Origin: Malacoraja senta
Taxonomy: Eukaryota
Assembly: GCA_038087875.1 (NCBI GenBank)
Contig: CM075984.1
Coordinates: 41,354,001-41,418,000, forward strand
Direction of reading: 5' to 3'
DNA: 64,000 nt
The notes beneath the pieces were generated by a model. That model had not been told where the DNA came from. It did no database searches and saw only the letters and a program-made list of their open reading frames with translations. The translations under genes and the position numbers were made by a program. This document shows, piece by piece, positions 13,471-26,775 of this stretch (position 1 is the stretch's first letter; every line of letters begins with the position of its first letter).

Positions 13471-14121
13471 TACGACAATAAAACACTCTTGACTTGACTC
13501 TTGAGAATCTTTGTCATGATTGGGGTCTCTGTCAAATATACACGATGATGTACTGTACTTTAAAACATGAAAGCCTGAAAATCTCTTGCCCTGTGCAGAT
13601 ATTTGGAACACTTGTTTCAAAAGATCCTGTCTTCACAGACCAGTTTATGCCTCCTCATTGACGTTTTGGTAATAACCAGGATTTAGCATTTTCCTGTCAA
13701 CTCAAAGGATCATTTTCCTTACCGCCTGTGTCAGGATTCACACTTTCTTTCAAAGGACTGGGAAGAGGCGAAAATTTCACATGACTCAAAGTGAGATTTC
13801 ATTAATTTATGAGGCCATTGAAGGAAGCTATGCTGTCTCAAAAAGTCATTCCAACTCTTTGAAGTAGAAAGCAAGGGGCAATAATTTTCTGACCAGAGTT
13901 TCCTTTCTTAAGTTCCCTCTACACTGACTGATGCAATATTACGGAATTTAGCCATTTTTTGTTAAAATAAATTTAGTTTGTGTCTGAAAAGTAAAGGACT
14001 GATTTTTCAGCAGTTTATCTTTCTGATTCTTATCTCATTTTGTTTGGTAATGTTTAATCACATAACGTTAAATCACATAAGTGCAGAGATCTTACTGGAA
14101 AATAAGATAATTGCAGCTACT

Positions 14122-14378
14122 AGTGTAGGAAGGAACTGCAGAGGCTGGTTTAAACCGAGGATAGACACAAAAAGCTGGAATAACTCATTGGGGCAGGCAG
14201 CATCTCTGGAGAGAAGGAATGGATAACGTCTGGAGAGAAGGAATGGATGAAAGAAGGATGTCGTTTCGGGTCGAGACCCTTCTTCAGTTCACACCAGTCT
14301 CGACCTGAAACGTCACCCATTCCTTCTCTCCAGAGATGATGCCTGTTCCGCTGAGTTACTCCAGCTTCTTGTGTCTAT
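14122..14378. mobile_element. Fold-back repeat element with a hammerhead-like core on the minus strand (14260-14287)
   Basis: Inverted arms as at 4077; minus strand reads CTGAAGAAGGGTCTCGACCCGAAACGAC. Confidence 0.7.
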
Positions 14379-16724
14379 CATTGCAACTATTACATTGGTA
14401 TTTATTTTGTAGGGACTGTCACTTGTTCTATTCAGCGACGTGATTTTCTTTATTTTTCCATATATGTGCATTATTCCATATTTATCAGAGATATATATAA
14501 CTAGATCTAAATATAAAAGTACAACCATATAAGTAAATGGATTTTTTTTTTAAATGCTCTTTTACTGTTTTGTATAATTAACTTACAGTCTGTGCATTTA
14601 AAAGCAAAGGTCTGATTCATAAAGTGCCACAGCAACAGGATAGGGGATCTTGTCTTCCATCATTCAGAGCCACCCTTTTTAAAGCACACCAATATCACAA
14701 ATGTCAGTATTTGATATATGTATATTTGATATAAATGTAAAATAATTGTATGGTTTCCCCCCTATTTTTCAATTTTGAACATCAATAAAAACAGGTCACA
14801 GGGAGAACGTACAAATGACAGACCCGTAGTCAGGATCGAAAACAGGCTGTGATGTGAGGCAGCAACTCTACCGCTGCACCACTGTGCCGCTTATTATTAC
14901 TTACTATTACTAAGAATAATTACTATTCTTTCGACATAAGAATTATACCCTCATTACAATCAAATGGCACAATTCTTAAAGCTAATTTATTTCTGATTTT
15001 TATCTTAGCTTGATTGAAGTTGAACACTACCGAATGATAAAGTGCATACTTGATATCAACGTACTATTGGGTGAGGTCCACTAAATCCTACAAGAGATAA
15101 TGCAAATTTAAATAAAAGTGTAACCATTGAAAAATAATTCCCTTCAAAGAATAAAGTGGTTTTGAGAAGCACAAAGTAGTTCACAAAGAACATTCTTTAG
15201 TATATCTTTGGTCAGTGACTTCCTGAACATTTGGAGGCTTTTGACTCAATTGACCGATGAAGGTTCTAAAGACTTAGTGACAAAGACACTGACATCAGTC
15301 TAACGAGGGAAACTTGATAGTTTGGCTAATTGCCACATAAATCAGGGAAGAAGGACTGAGAAGGAGGTACTTTTCACACTGAAATAAGACTAAAGAAGTC
15401 TGTTATAAACATTAATGGGAGCCCGCACACATAGTCAAGCCTATTATCCAGTCAAATACATGGCAGACAGCTCAATTGATACTCACAATAATGGACCCTT
15501 TGCTGAAATGTAGATCCAAAGCATTATTCATGTTTTCTTGAAGATCTAATTATGTCTTGATTGTGCATTGAAAAAAATGCTTTAAAAATATGGGCAATTT
15601 AAATGGTAGACTGTTACATTTGTATTGAATTTGCTGGCAAGCGATTTGTTATTTACTAAATAGAATATCTTGTTTTATGGTATTTAGATGTCTCACAGTG
15701 ATACCAAATGAACGTGTTAATGTTCAGATTTGCAGATTTACATGGAAAGTTTAATCCTGTGATTGAATTAAAATGTAATTATCTGCCTCTGCTGCAGGCA
15801 GACACTGCGATTTGTAAGACACTGCAAGCCAAAGCGATTTGTTTTTCTGTGGGGATGTTGTGCTTAGTATTGTTTAGGGAAGTGAAATGGTGGAGCAACC
15901 TGATAAAATAATCTAGTAAGGACCACGAAAAGTAAAAAGAGTATTGAGACTCAGGTCATGCCAAGTAATTAAGCTTTCAATTACAATGCTACAAACCTGC
16001 TCCTCATTTTTTACATTATTTCAACAAAAGTGCAGTTCTGATCTTAAAGATATATTAAAATATCCGAGAGCTGTTCTGCACCAAAGAGATAGGTCTCTTT
16101 GAATAAATTCATGACAATATTTTAATCCAGAAAATGATGTTAATTTAAAGAAAGCAAACACTTCACGTCTAGTTTGCTTGCAACCTATTTGCTGTTTCCT
16201 ATGTAGAATATCTAATTTAATGATATTTGGACTTTAGTTTAGTTTAGTTTATCATCACTTGTTCTGAGGTACAGTGAAAAGATTTTGTTGCGTGCTGACC
16301 AGTCAGCAGAAAGACAATACGTGATTACAATCGGCCCGTTAAATGTATAGATACATAATGGAATAATGTTTAGTGCAAGGTTAAGACAGCAGAGTCCGAT
16401 CAAGGATAGTCCGAGGGTCACCAATGAGGTAGATAGTAGTTACCACATCCGGATGAGTGAAAGAATTGGGTGCAGCCTGTGGAAGCTGCACATGCGGCAG
16501 TGGACAGAGTCCACCCCTACTTCATCAATCCAGTGCAGCCTGTGGCAGCACTTCATCAAGTAGAGGACACTGGGCCTTCACATGATAAATATAAGAAATT
16601 CCAGATCTCCTTGGCCCATGATCAGACTTTTCAAAGACTTGGAATTTGAAAGATGGCACCAGAATGTGGTAACTCTCTGCATACTGTTCCAGAAGAGGAT
16701 CTATTGTATTCACATATAGTATGA

Positions 16725-17040
16725 TTTAGTTTAGTTTAGTTTAGAGATACAGCGCGGAAACAGGCCATTGGCCCACCGAGTTCGCGCCGACCAGCGATAC
16801 CCGCACATATCCTACACGCACTAGGGACAATTTACACATACACCAAGCCAATTAGCCTACATACCTGTACGTCTTTGGAGTGTGGGAGGAAACCGAAGAT
16901 CTCGGAGAAAACCCACACGGTCACGGGGAGAACGTACAAACTCCATACAGACAGCACCCGTAGTCGGGATCAAACCCGGGTCTCTGGCGCTGCAAGCGCT
17001 GTAAGGCAGCAACTCTACTGCTGTGCCAGCCGTGCCGCCC
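16725..17040 (-). mobile_element. HE1-like SINE, full length
   Basis: Reverse complement of tRNA head, V-domain and (TAAAC)n tail. Confidence 0.88.
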
Positions 17041-18286
17041 GATTTGATTGGATAGCATGCAGAACAAGCATTTCTCTGTATCTCTGTATACATGATAATA
17101 AATCAACTAACCAACCAACGGACATCCTTACTCCTAGTGCATGCTTTGTGCTTCTTTCAAGTGTTTAGCTTTCATTTACAAGCCAAGTTTGCAACAAGGA
17201 AACATTCCCAGACATTCAATAATCAAGAGTGCTTAATTGTCATTTGCACTTGGAACAGAACAATGACATTTCTACTGGATACAGCTTTACAGGCACAAAG
17301 AACGAGTCTGGTTAGAGATGGTACACTACCTGAGCAGACAGTTAAAGTGGGAGATGGCAGAGGGCTTGCACTAGCTTTGTGCCAAAAACACCCGACTGCA
17401 GAATCTTGGTGCACACAAGGCTATGGTGCTGCTGTGATTGCCCGAGTGCACAAAGGTCTTCCAAGATTAGCTGCTGTCACTAGCAGACCAGAGGAAGTAG
17501 ACTGGACTGCAGAGTGTGGTGCTGTGTGTAAACAGGAATAGGGTCAAGGCTTCGGACATAGAATTGTAGTTAGCTGTAGTTGTGAGTTGTGGTTGAGTTG
17601 TGGTTGAGTAGCAATGAGTTGTGGTTGTGTCGAGATGACGGGCTGGGATCCCTCAGTCAGTCTGAAAGGATCAGGCTGGAACATGGGTCTTGTACAGAGT
17701 AGGAGAGGGAAAGACAAAGTGCTGAAGGAACATACCAGGACAGGCGAAATTTCTGGAGAACATAGATAGGTGACATCTCGGGTCGAGACCCTTCTTCAGA
17801 CTGGACCCCGAACGTCACCTATCCATATTCTCCAGAGATGCGGCCCAATCTGCTGAGTTACTCCAGCACTTAATGTCCTTTTGTGTATGAACCAACATCT
17901 GCAGTTCTTTGTTTCAGCAATTTGGGTGGACCAAACTGGAAAAATTGCAGTGGTTCAAGTCAACACATCACTATTATCTTCCCATGGGCAAGAAATGTTG
18001 ACATTGTCAGCGATGCCTGCATCCAAGCAATGAATAATGTGCAGACACCATTTACTGAACCAAGTGTAGCTAGGCCTCAATTATATACATTTGGCCTTAT
18101 TTTTAGTGGTTGTCCAAATATGGAAAATCGTTCTTGGAAATTTAGGCTTTGTTTTATGCAAGCCATGTAACGTTTCAAATGATCTCCCAGGCTGTAATTA
18201 TTTTTCTATCTGGTCTTGCACCGTTAATTTATCACTGCTCCATATGAGTAATGTCAAGTGTTTTATTTTCATATGTCCCAGAACTA

Positions 18287-18998
18287 TGAGTGCTGTCTGT
18301 ATGGAGTTTGTACGTTCTTCCCGTGACCTGCGTGGGTTTTCCTCGGGTGCTCCGGTTTCCTCCCACACTCCAAAGACGTATATCGGTTTGTAGGCTAATT
18401 GGCTTGGTAAATGTAAAAATTGTCCCTAGTGGGTGTAGGATGGTGTTAATGTGCCGGGATCGCTGGTCGGCGCGGACCCAGTGGGCTGAAGGGCCTGTTT
18501 CCACGCTGTATCTCTAAACTAAACTAAACTAAACAATGAAATTCTTACTTGCAGCAGTACAACAGAATATGCAAACATACTCTGTAAAGAATATAATAAA
18601 TGAGAAAAAAAATCAGTATTTATACACACACACAATAAAAAACAAAAATGGTGGAAAAAGGGCAGCACAGTTGCAGTGAACTATTGCTCTTTGGAAAGGA
18701 AGCAGAGATGAGTTGCTGCCTTACAGCGCCAGAGACTCGGGTTCAATCCTGATTGCGGGTGCTGTCAGTATGGAGTTTGTACGTTCTCCCCGTGACCTGC
18801 GTAGGTTTTCCTCAGGTTATCCGGTTTCCGCCCACACTCCAAAGACATATATCGGTTTGTAGGCTAATTGGCTTGGTAAAACTGTAGATTGTCCAGAGTG
18901 TGTGTAGAATAGTGTTAATGTACAGAGTGATCGCTGGTCAGCGTGGACTTGGTGGGCTGAAGAGCCCGTTTCTGCGCTGTATCTCTAAACTAAACTAA
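18287..18998 (+). mobile_element. Two tandem HE1-like SINE copies (about 18287-18534, 5'-truncated; about 18660-18998)
   Basis: Both share the V-domain and the GAAG.GCC.GTTTC..CGCTGTATCTCTAAACTAAAC tail. Confidence 0.8.
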
Positions 18999-19799
18999 AA
19001 ACAATAAAGACAAAACCAATGCCCCAAAATCTATGTAGTTCAGAGCTTGTAAACATTTATGAAGTACAAGTACATAAGAACATTAAAAGCTGGTGCAAAT
19101 ATATTGATCATGTGTGTCTTAAACGTATAGACCTTTTTTTGTAGCCTTCCAGAAGCTTGATCATACCAGATATCTGTGTTTCTTCAACTGTTACTGATAT
19201 TTTAGAACACTTATGTAATAGCTATAGTGGGCCACTCGGCCCCTCGAGCCTGCCCTGTCATTCAATACCATTATGGGTGATCATCCCCAAGCCTTCTCCA
19301 CATTAGTTTCCTCTCCCCTCCTGATTACCAGCATATTATGAAAAAGGGGGAAAACTATTTAGATTTACTCACTTCTACAGTGTCAGTCTGTCCAGTGGTG
19401 ATGCGAGAATTCTTTTTCCACAGCTGACTATGTCAATCAGGAAAGCACTGACAAATTCAAAGCTCATTTCACAAGGAAATGGATAACATATTCAAAGGGA
19501 AATGTTTGGATATTTCTTTGAATTCATTAACACAGGGTCAGTGGGGCTTGTTTTCTCCTTCAGTGGCGGAAGGTTACATGATTCTCGAACAATACATTTA
19601 TTGGTTACTTCATGCATGGGAGCATAAATTAACATTCAAAATCCATGTCAAATAGCAAAATAAGTCATGTTTGTAACATTACATTGCACATCACGTAAAG
19701 AAAATGTGAGAACTTTCCAAATTCCCAGCATTTGTGAACCTGGTATAGGGAAAGTCCATGTGACAGCTTGGAAAGACAGCTGATAGGAGGGAATAGACT

Positions 19800-22700
19800 C
19801 TGCTGGAGCTGTTAAGGGTTAGCATCGCATTGCAGCAGTGGCGAAGATTGTACACAGTCTCGCTGCACCCCTAAAACGATATGACAAATAAAAGAAAGAT
19901 ACCCCTAGAGTCTGCGAGAGCGGGGGCGGAAGATGACTCACAGATGGATTACCCAGCTACAGACCATGGAACGGAAAAGACTATGAGTAGCATTAGCTCA
20001 TCAATGAAGGACAGTGGCTCAGTGGTAGAGGGAAAGAAGTTCCAGGTCTGTTCTTGTGGTTGGCAGAAAGTAACAACAGCAAAGGGCCTCAGAATACAGC
20101 AGGGAAAGAAGAAGTGCTTATCAGAGGGAGTGCAGGGAAATCGCATTGAGCAGTACTTCTTGAGAAGTCAGTTGTGAAGTCCAGCGACGGGTAGAAAACC
20201 ACAGTTCGCAGGATATCATTACCCCTGTTGCTGATGAGGAGGGAACAAGCGCTGTAGAGGAGGATGTAGGTGGTGGTGAGGTTAATCTGCCAGTCAGGGA
20301 GAAGAATGGTGGGCTGAAACGTAGAGTTAAATGGCCTAGGCAAGTGAAAGAAAGGAATGGGAAAATGTTAATGTAGATTTGGTAAAGGCGCTAGAGAGTC
20401 TGAAAGGGACAGTGGAAAACAAGTTAGCTAAGATGGGAGAGTTTATTTATCAATATGGTGCGGACAGGTTTAGTGTCATTGTGAAAAAGGTGCTGGCTTT
20501 ACTGGTGGTTAGATCTAGACACGAGAGAGAAATCAAGAGATTAGAGAAGGAGAGGAGACAGTTGAGAAAGCAGTGGAGAAAATCTACAGTTGATGAGAGG
20601 GACTTAATGTTTTGCAAGAAGAGTTAAGAAATCGGTTAGCAATATTAAGGAAGGCAGAACACCTTAGGAAGAAGAGAAAGAAGAAGGAGCGAGTCAGGTC
20701 AGCATTTTATAGGGATCCATTTAAATTTGTTAAAAGAATGTTTAGTCAGGAAAAAAGTGGAAAGCTCAAAGCTTCAAAGGAAGAGTTAGAGGAATATTTT
20801 AAAAGGGCATACTCAGATCCAGAAAGTAAAAGGGGAATGGGTTTCCCTCCCTCATGAGAGATAGAGTATAAGTTAGATGTTTTGCTACCAAAGTGGAAGG
20901 GTGGAAGCTGTAATAAAGCGGGCAAAGGCTTCTTTGGCTCCAGGGCCGAATGGTCCCTTACCGGGTATATAAAAGTGCACCTGATGCGCTTAGATTCTTG
21001 TGGAGGCTCTTGCGAATAGTTTGGGAGAAGCAGGTCATACCAAGGGTTTGGTGTAGAGCAGGGGGGATTTTCATTCCCAAGGAGAGTCTTCAGTTAAGTC
21101 AGTTTAGGCCTATATGTCTCCTAAATGTAGAAGGCAAGATTTTCTTTGGCATAGCGGCACAGAGGCTGGCAAGTTATTTAGAAAGGAATAGGTTAATAGA
21201 TACCACAGTGCAGAAAGTGGGAATCCCAGGTTTCGCTGGATGCTTAGTGTAATTTGGCACCAGATTCAGACAGCCAAGCTCGAGAAGAGATTTGTATGCA
21301 GTGTTTATGGACCTGGCAAATGCATTTTGGATCTGTGCCACATAGTTTTATTTGGATTGCTTTTGATTTCTTTAGAGCTCCAGGAGCAATAGTAAATTTA
21401 GTGAAAGCATATTCCCAAGATGTCCAAATGTGTTTTCATACAGCAGACTTTACGACAGCATGGCAGACAAGAGATGGGCATTATGGCAGGGTGTACTATT
21501 TCCCCATTAGCGTTTACAATGGCGATGGAGCTAGTAATTAGAGTATCACGGTGGGTCATCGGCAGGGAGAGACGTCACGGCAGATTGCGTCTCCCTCCAA
21601 TCAGGACCTATATGGATGATATGACCTTGGTAACCACAACATCAGCTTGTACAAGAAGGTTGTTAGAGAAGTTAAATGATAATCTTAAATGGGCTAGATT
21701 GAAGATTATGCCGAGTAAGTCACGGAGTAGCTCTTTGACAAGAGGAACGGTAGTAGAGAAAAGGTTCTGTGTAGATGAAGAAGAAATCCCGTCTATAATG
21801 GAGAAACCAGTTAAAGGTTTGGGTAGGTGGTTTAACAGGAAGTTGGATGACACTGAACTGGTTCAACAACTTAGAAAGGATGTTCCTGATGGCTTAGAAA
21901 GGATAGAGAAGTCAGGGCATCTAGGCAAGTTGAAGTTGTGGTGTTTGCAGTTTGGGCTATTCCCTAGGTTGGTGTGGCCATTGACAGTATATGAGGTGCC
22001 AAGTTCTAAGGTGGAAAGGTTAGAGAGATTGGTTAGTTAATATATTAGGAAATGGTTAGGAGTTCCATGGTGTCTTAGTATGGGAAAGGTATTCACCATT
22101 TACCATTGTCAAGCCTAACAGAGGAGTTTAAGTGTGATAAGGTGAGGTTAGTGTTGCAATTATCAGGGAGTAAGGATACCTAAGTTAGTAATCTGGTACC
22201 AAGTGTAACTAGAGGGAGGAAGTGGAACTCAGTCGAAGAAACACAAGCAGCTCTGAGGCATACAGACATTGTTGGTAGGGTGCAACGAGGGAAAGGAGGC
22301 TTAGGGCTCAGCACAGGGAAACCAGTGTGGAGTAAGGCAGGTCCAACAGAGAGGAGGAAATTTGTTGTCAAGCAGTTACATCGTTAGGAGGAAGCAGTGA
22401 GATGTGTAAGGGCAGTAGCTCAGGTTAAACAGGGACAGTGGATGAACTGGGGAAGTGTAGAAAAGAGGTTTAGCTGGAGGGAGCTGTGGTGTATGGAGGC
22501 AGGTCATGTAAGTTTCCTTATAAGGGCTATTTATGATGGGCTGCCATCACCGCAGAATCTCAAACAATGGGTAGATGGGGACCCGGCGTGTCCCTTGGGT
22601 TCAGAGGTGGCAACGTTGAGGCATATTTTGTCAGGATGTAGGACTAGTCTTTCTCAGGATCGGTATACTTGGCTGCATAACTAGATATTGAAGTGCGTAG

Positions 22701-23250
22701 CTGCAACAATTGAGAGGAGAGTACAGGTGAATTCAGCAGGCATCAGGACTGGGAGTGTAGCAATTCATTTTGTCCGTGAGGGAGAGAAAGGTAGAGGGGG
22801 GGGAGTTTGCAGACAGATCAGTTACGGGGAGCCAATGATTGGGAAATGTGGGTAGATTTAGGAGGAAAGCTTGTTGTTCCGCAGGAAATAATCACTACTA
22901 GTTTGAGGCCTGATATAGTGTTATGGTCAGTTAGTCAGTGGATAGTGTATTTTATAGAACTGACAGTGCCTTGGGAGAACTTAGTGGATGAGGCTTGTGC
23001 TGCAGCAAGTAAGATTTTAATTGTTCTATCTGGGACACATGACAATAAAACATTCTTGACTCTCTCTCTCTCTCTCTCTCTCTCTCGACTCTCTTGAGTA
23101 TGTCCGGCAGAGGTGGGTACTGGACGCCGGAACCAACTGTTGAGCCTTCCCGAGGTGTTGTGGGCCTAACTCAACGAAAGACCAATGAAGGGAGGTGCCC
23201 ACTTGATAACCCTACTTGCATCTACAGGAGAAGTTTAAAAAAAAAAAAAA
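19800..23250 (+). mobile_element. Decayed, near full-length non-LTR retrotransposon with restriction-like endonuclease (Hero/R2-NeSL group)
   Basis: Frameshifted ORF pieces in order: N-terminal zinc-finger-like CSCG..GLRI; RT motifs QFRPICLLNVEGKIFF, HFGSVPH, GIMAGCTISPLAF, YMDD; CCHC remnant CPLG..TLRHILSGC; RLE motif LRPDIVLWS..IELTVPWE; A-run at about 23237-23250; many stops; 5' boundary approximate. Confidence 0.88.
23059..23086. repeat. (TC)n microsatellite at the tail of a small insertion interrupting the retrotransposon 3' end
   Basis: Direct reading. Confidence 0.85.
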
Positions 23251-24523
23251 TTTTTTAAAGAGAAATAATTAATATGTAGGTAGCTGGGTTTTTTTGCATA
23301 TGGAGTCATTTACTGTAAGTTGGTGTATTTAGTTAGATAATACTTTGGTTATGGGCTTGGTTTTCTTAGTTGACGCTTATCCTGGCATTATAGCACAAGT
23401 ACTTTGTGTTTTATTTGTAATTTATACTTTATGAATAGAATGCCTTTTATCGTCATTCAAACAGCTTGGTTTGAACGAAATTGCATTTTCTACAGTCTTA
23501 ACAATTACAAAAACAGAGGAGCCACAGAACTGACAAATAGGGCGGTTTGTGAGAAACAACTTAAAAAAAAGACATACTGAGAAGTTGAGAACATTGTATG
23601 TTTTGTCAAGAGACACTGTGCATAATCAAGATCTGTTACTTTGCCTTTGACACCCAGCAATTGCATCACTGCCTTTCATTAAAAAATAGCTTTAATGTAG
23701 AGGATTTAATGAAGTCTGGACCTTATGATAACTTTAAAATCGGGACAAATGATCTCTAAACAGCTTTGTTGGTTTATTTTTATATTTCTAATGCTCTCTG
23801 TTTATTGCTTTCATCCAAAATCACAAAGATTAGCTTCCATTCATCAGTGTTTACATTTCTGGACTTTGGATCTGATTGGAATACACCAAAAATGTTAAAG
23901 TTCCAATCTTAGTACATATTCAAATTGGTGTCCACAATTTAGAATGAGTTAGAGTGAATAGCTGAAATGCTAGGTCCAGCAATCTGCATGCATTTTGTTT
24001 GAACTTATAATTATTATTATAACCTATTAAAAAAAAAAATCTCTTGTGTACATCTCCACACAGTGGAACATTCTGTTAAATTGTCTGTCCTAATGAATGT
24101 GACAACAAAACTATACTGGCAGTGGAAACTTTGTAAATTGGATTACAAACCTCCACATGGATATTTATCTAGAAGCTGAAATGAACAAGCATCAAGTGAC
24201 TATAAAATTAATTTTATGGCTAGATTATTGAAAAATGCCGATTCATTTACAACAGACATTGATACTTTGAAAGATTCCAAGAATATCAGATATAATAATA
24301 CTGGATTCCATGAACATGTACATTAAAAGAACTGTAGATAGTCATAAGTAGTTCAACCTGACGCAACACAATTTATGCTATTAAATAACAACGGTTTTTT
24401 TCCAAAAAATCTTCAAACTGTAATTTCTTCGACTTAAGGTGAGATGAAATTTTCATCAACTCCCAAAGAGCTCTGTGCATTCATACCAAGAAAGCATGTG
24501 TCCGTTTGTACATGATAAAGACC

Positions 24524-24736
24524 TCAACTTGCAGAGTTTCCAAATGTGTTTGTTTCTACTGCCAGGTTGGGGTCTGCATTTTCTGAAGGGTTTTGCCCTT
24601 CATTTGCAATGTTCGTGGCCTGAAAGCCAACATCGTGTCCTGGCTCATTCAGTCCACTAAACTCCAGATTATGGATTTCCATATCCAATGCTGACAAAAT
24701 GTTCTGTGATGCATTTTTCTCAGAGAAGATTCTATC
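24524..24736 (-). CDS. PER2: PER2 last exon 23 (DRIFSEKNASQNILSALDMEIHNLEFSG...NSAS*)
   Basis: ttaatttag acceptor, phase 0 matching exon 22, 70 codons then TGA; positional similarity to human ECVYCENKEKGNI...EEDIPSLGLSEV. Confidence 0.78.
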   Translation of the reverse strand, partial: DRIFSEKNASQNILSALDMEIHNLEFSGLNEPGHDVGFQATNIANEGQNPSENADPNLAVETNTFGNSAS

Positions 24737-25574
24737 CTAAATTAAGAAGAATTACAATCAAATATATACACGACAAATTCCACACCTTCCATAAAAACAA
24801 AATCATTAAGAGTACAAGCAGTGTCATATATTATTTCCATTTTATTCTTACCATTACATTCTAATTTTTATGAGTCATAAGGAACAATCCCAAAATTAGT
24901 TGTCATTTTTTTTAATTATAGCCAACATTAGCCTCAAAAGGAATCACAATAAAACTTGCTGATTCTAAGTCTATATTCAGTTAAAACATGAAAGCCAATT
25001 GTCCATGTTAACATTTGATTTGTGGAAACAAAGAACTGCAGCTGCTGGTTTACCAAGGAATGACAGAACATACTGGAGTTACTCAGTGGGTCAGGCAGCA
25101 CCCCTAGAGAACGTGGATAGGTGACATTTCAGTCTGAAAAAGAGTCCCGATCCGACCCGAAACATCGCTTATCCAGGATGCTGACCGGAGTCTAACCTTA
25201 ATAATTAATTTTCTTGTCTGCCAAAAAGTTGCAGACCCGGCGGCTATTTATTTTACCAATTGTACAATACTGAACTAAATGCTGCAGGAAAGCTGTGAAT
25301 GAAAAGATTCAACAGGCAGACAATTATGTGTAGGAGAGAACTGCAGATGCTGGTTTAAATCTAAGGTAGACACAAAATGCTGGAGTAACTCCGCAGGTCA
25401 GGCAGCATCTCTGGAGAGAAGGAATGGGTGACGTTAAGGGTCAAGACCCTTCTTCAGACAATTATAATGGTTGCTTTGTAAAGTCCAATGCTTATTGGAA
25501 GTTATCACAGCTTTATTTGATCATCTCCCTACTCCCCAATTATATATATGTGCACTAAATGCATTTTCCAATTA

Positions 25575-26775
25575 TTATTATTTTTTTAAAATTTTTATTT
25601 ATTAGAAGTACATTACATTACAACCACATACATTAGTACTCATCATTTATATCTTCTTACAATTAATGTACTCCATTTATTTTTTACAGTAGAAAAGGAA
25701 AAGATTGAAAGAAAGAAGAAAGTGAAGGAAAAAGTGAAAGTGTAGGAAATGTGACAACAAAAAAGGACGAAGACCCTATAAGAGCAAAATTAAAAACAAA
25801 AGAAAAAGAGTTAAGAAATAGACCCTAGGAAAGAAAGAGAGAGAGAGAAAGAGGAAAAAGAGAGAAACAGATATTTTTATGAGCATTACGTAAATGGGAC
25901 ATACCAACTCTTCAACTATCATCCCCCCTTACCTGATAATTCTATAAATGCAGACCACGTCAGGTGGAAGTGATCTGGTTTACCTGCTAGGAGGAGTCTT
26001 ATCTCTTCTAGGTGTAATGTTTCAAACATATTTGAAATCCACATATTTATAGTTGGTATTGGAGCCTTCTTCCAAAATTTTAGAATTAGCTTTTTTCCAA
26101 TTATTAACCCATAGTCCATTAGTTTCTTTTGAAACACATTTAGTTCTGGACCATCTTCCGTTATACCGAAGATAATCCATTCTGCTTTGGGTATCAGTCT
26201 TGTTTTAAATAACTTTGTAAAGATTTCAAAAATTTCATTCCAAAATTTTTGAATTTTTGTACAGAAAACGAATGAGTGTGCTATAGTAGCTTCTTGGGAT
26301 TGACATTTATCACAAATAGATGATACATTTGGGAAAATTTTATGAATTTTAGTTTTTGAATAATATAATCTATGTAAAATTTTAAATTGTATTAAAGTGT
26401 GTCTTACATTAATCGAGCATTTATGCACGTTTAATATGTATTCATTCCAACTTTCCTTTGAAATTTTAATAGCTAACTCTTGTTCCCAGTCTCTTCTGAT
26501 ACCCTCCGTAGGTGGTATTTGTACATTTAAGATAATATTATACAAATATGATATTAAGTTTGCTGATTCCGCTTTTATCTGCATTGCCTCGTCCAATACA
26601 TCTACTGGGTTATTATCTTTTGTATTTTTTTCAAATAGTCGCATATTTGAAAATATTTAAAATATTGATTATTTCCGAGTTTATATTTTATTTGTAATTG
26701 TTGAAATGAAAGTAATTTTCCAGTTTCATACAAGTTTTCCAATTTTTCGAATTTTTATTTTGTTAATAAACAATT
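25575..26775 (-). mobile_element. L1/Tx1-type LINE 3' fragment (ORF2 C-terminus, 3'UTR, A-rich tail) in the last PER2 intron, sense to PER2
   Basis: ORF 25919-26644 has the zf-RVT signature IQFKILHRLYYS..CDKC..ATIAHSFVFC..FW; AATAAA and A-run on the minus strand at about 25581-25603. Confidence 0.85.
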
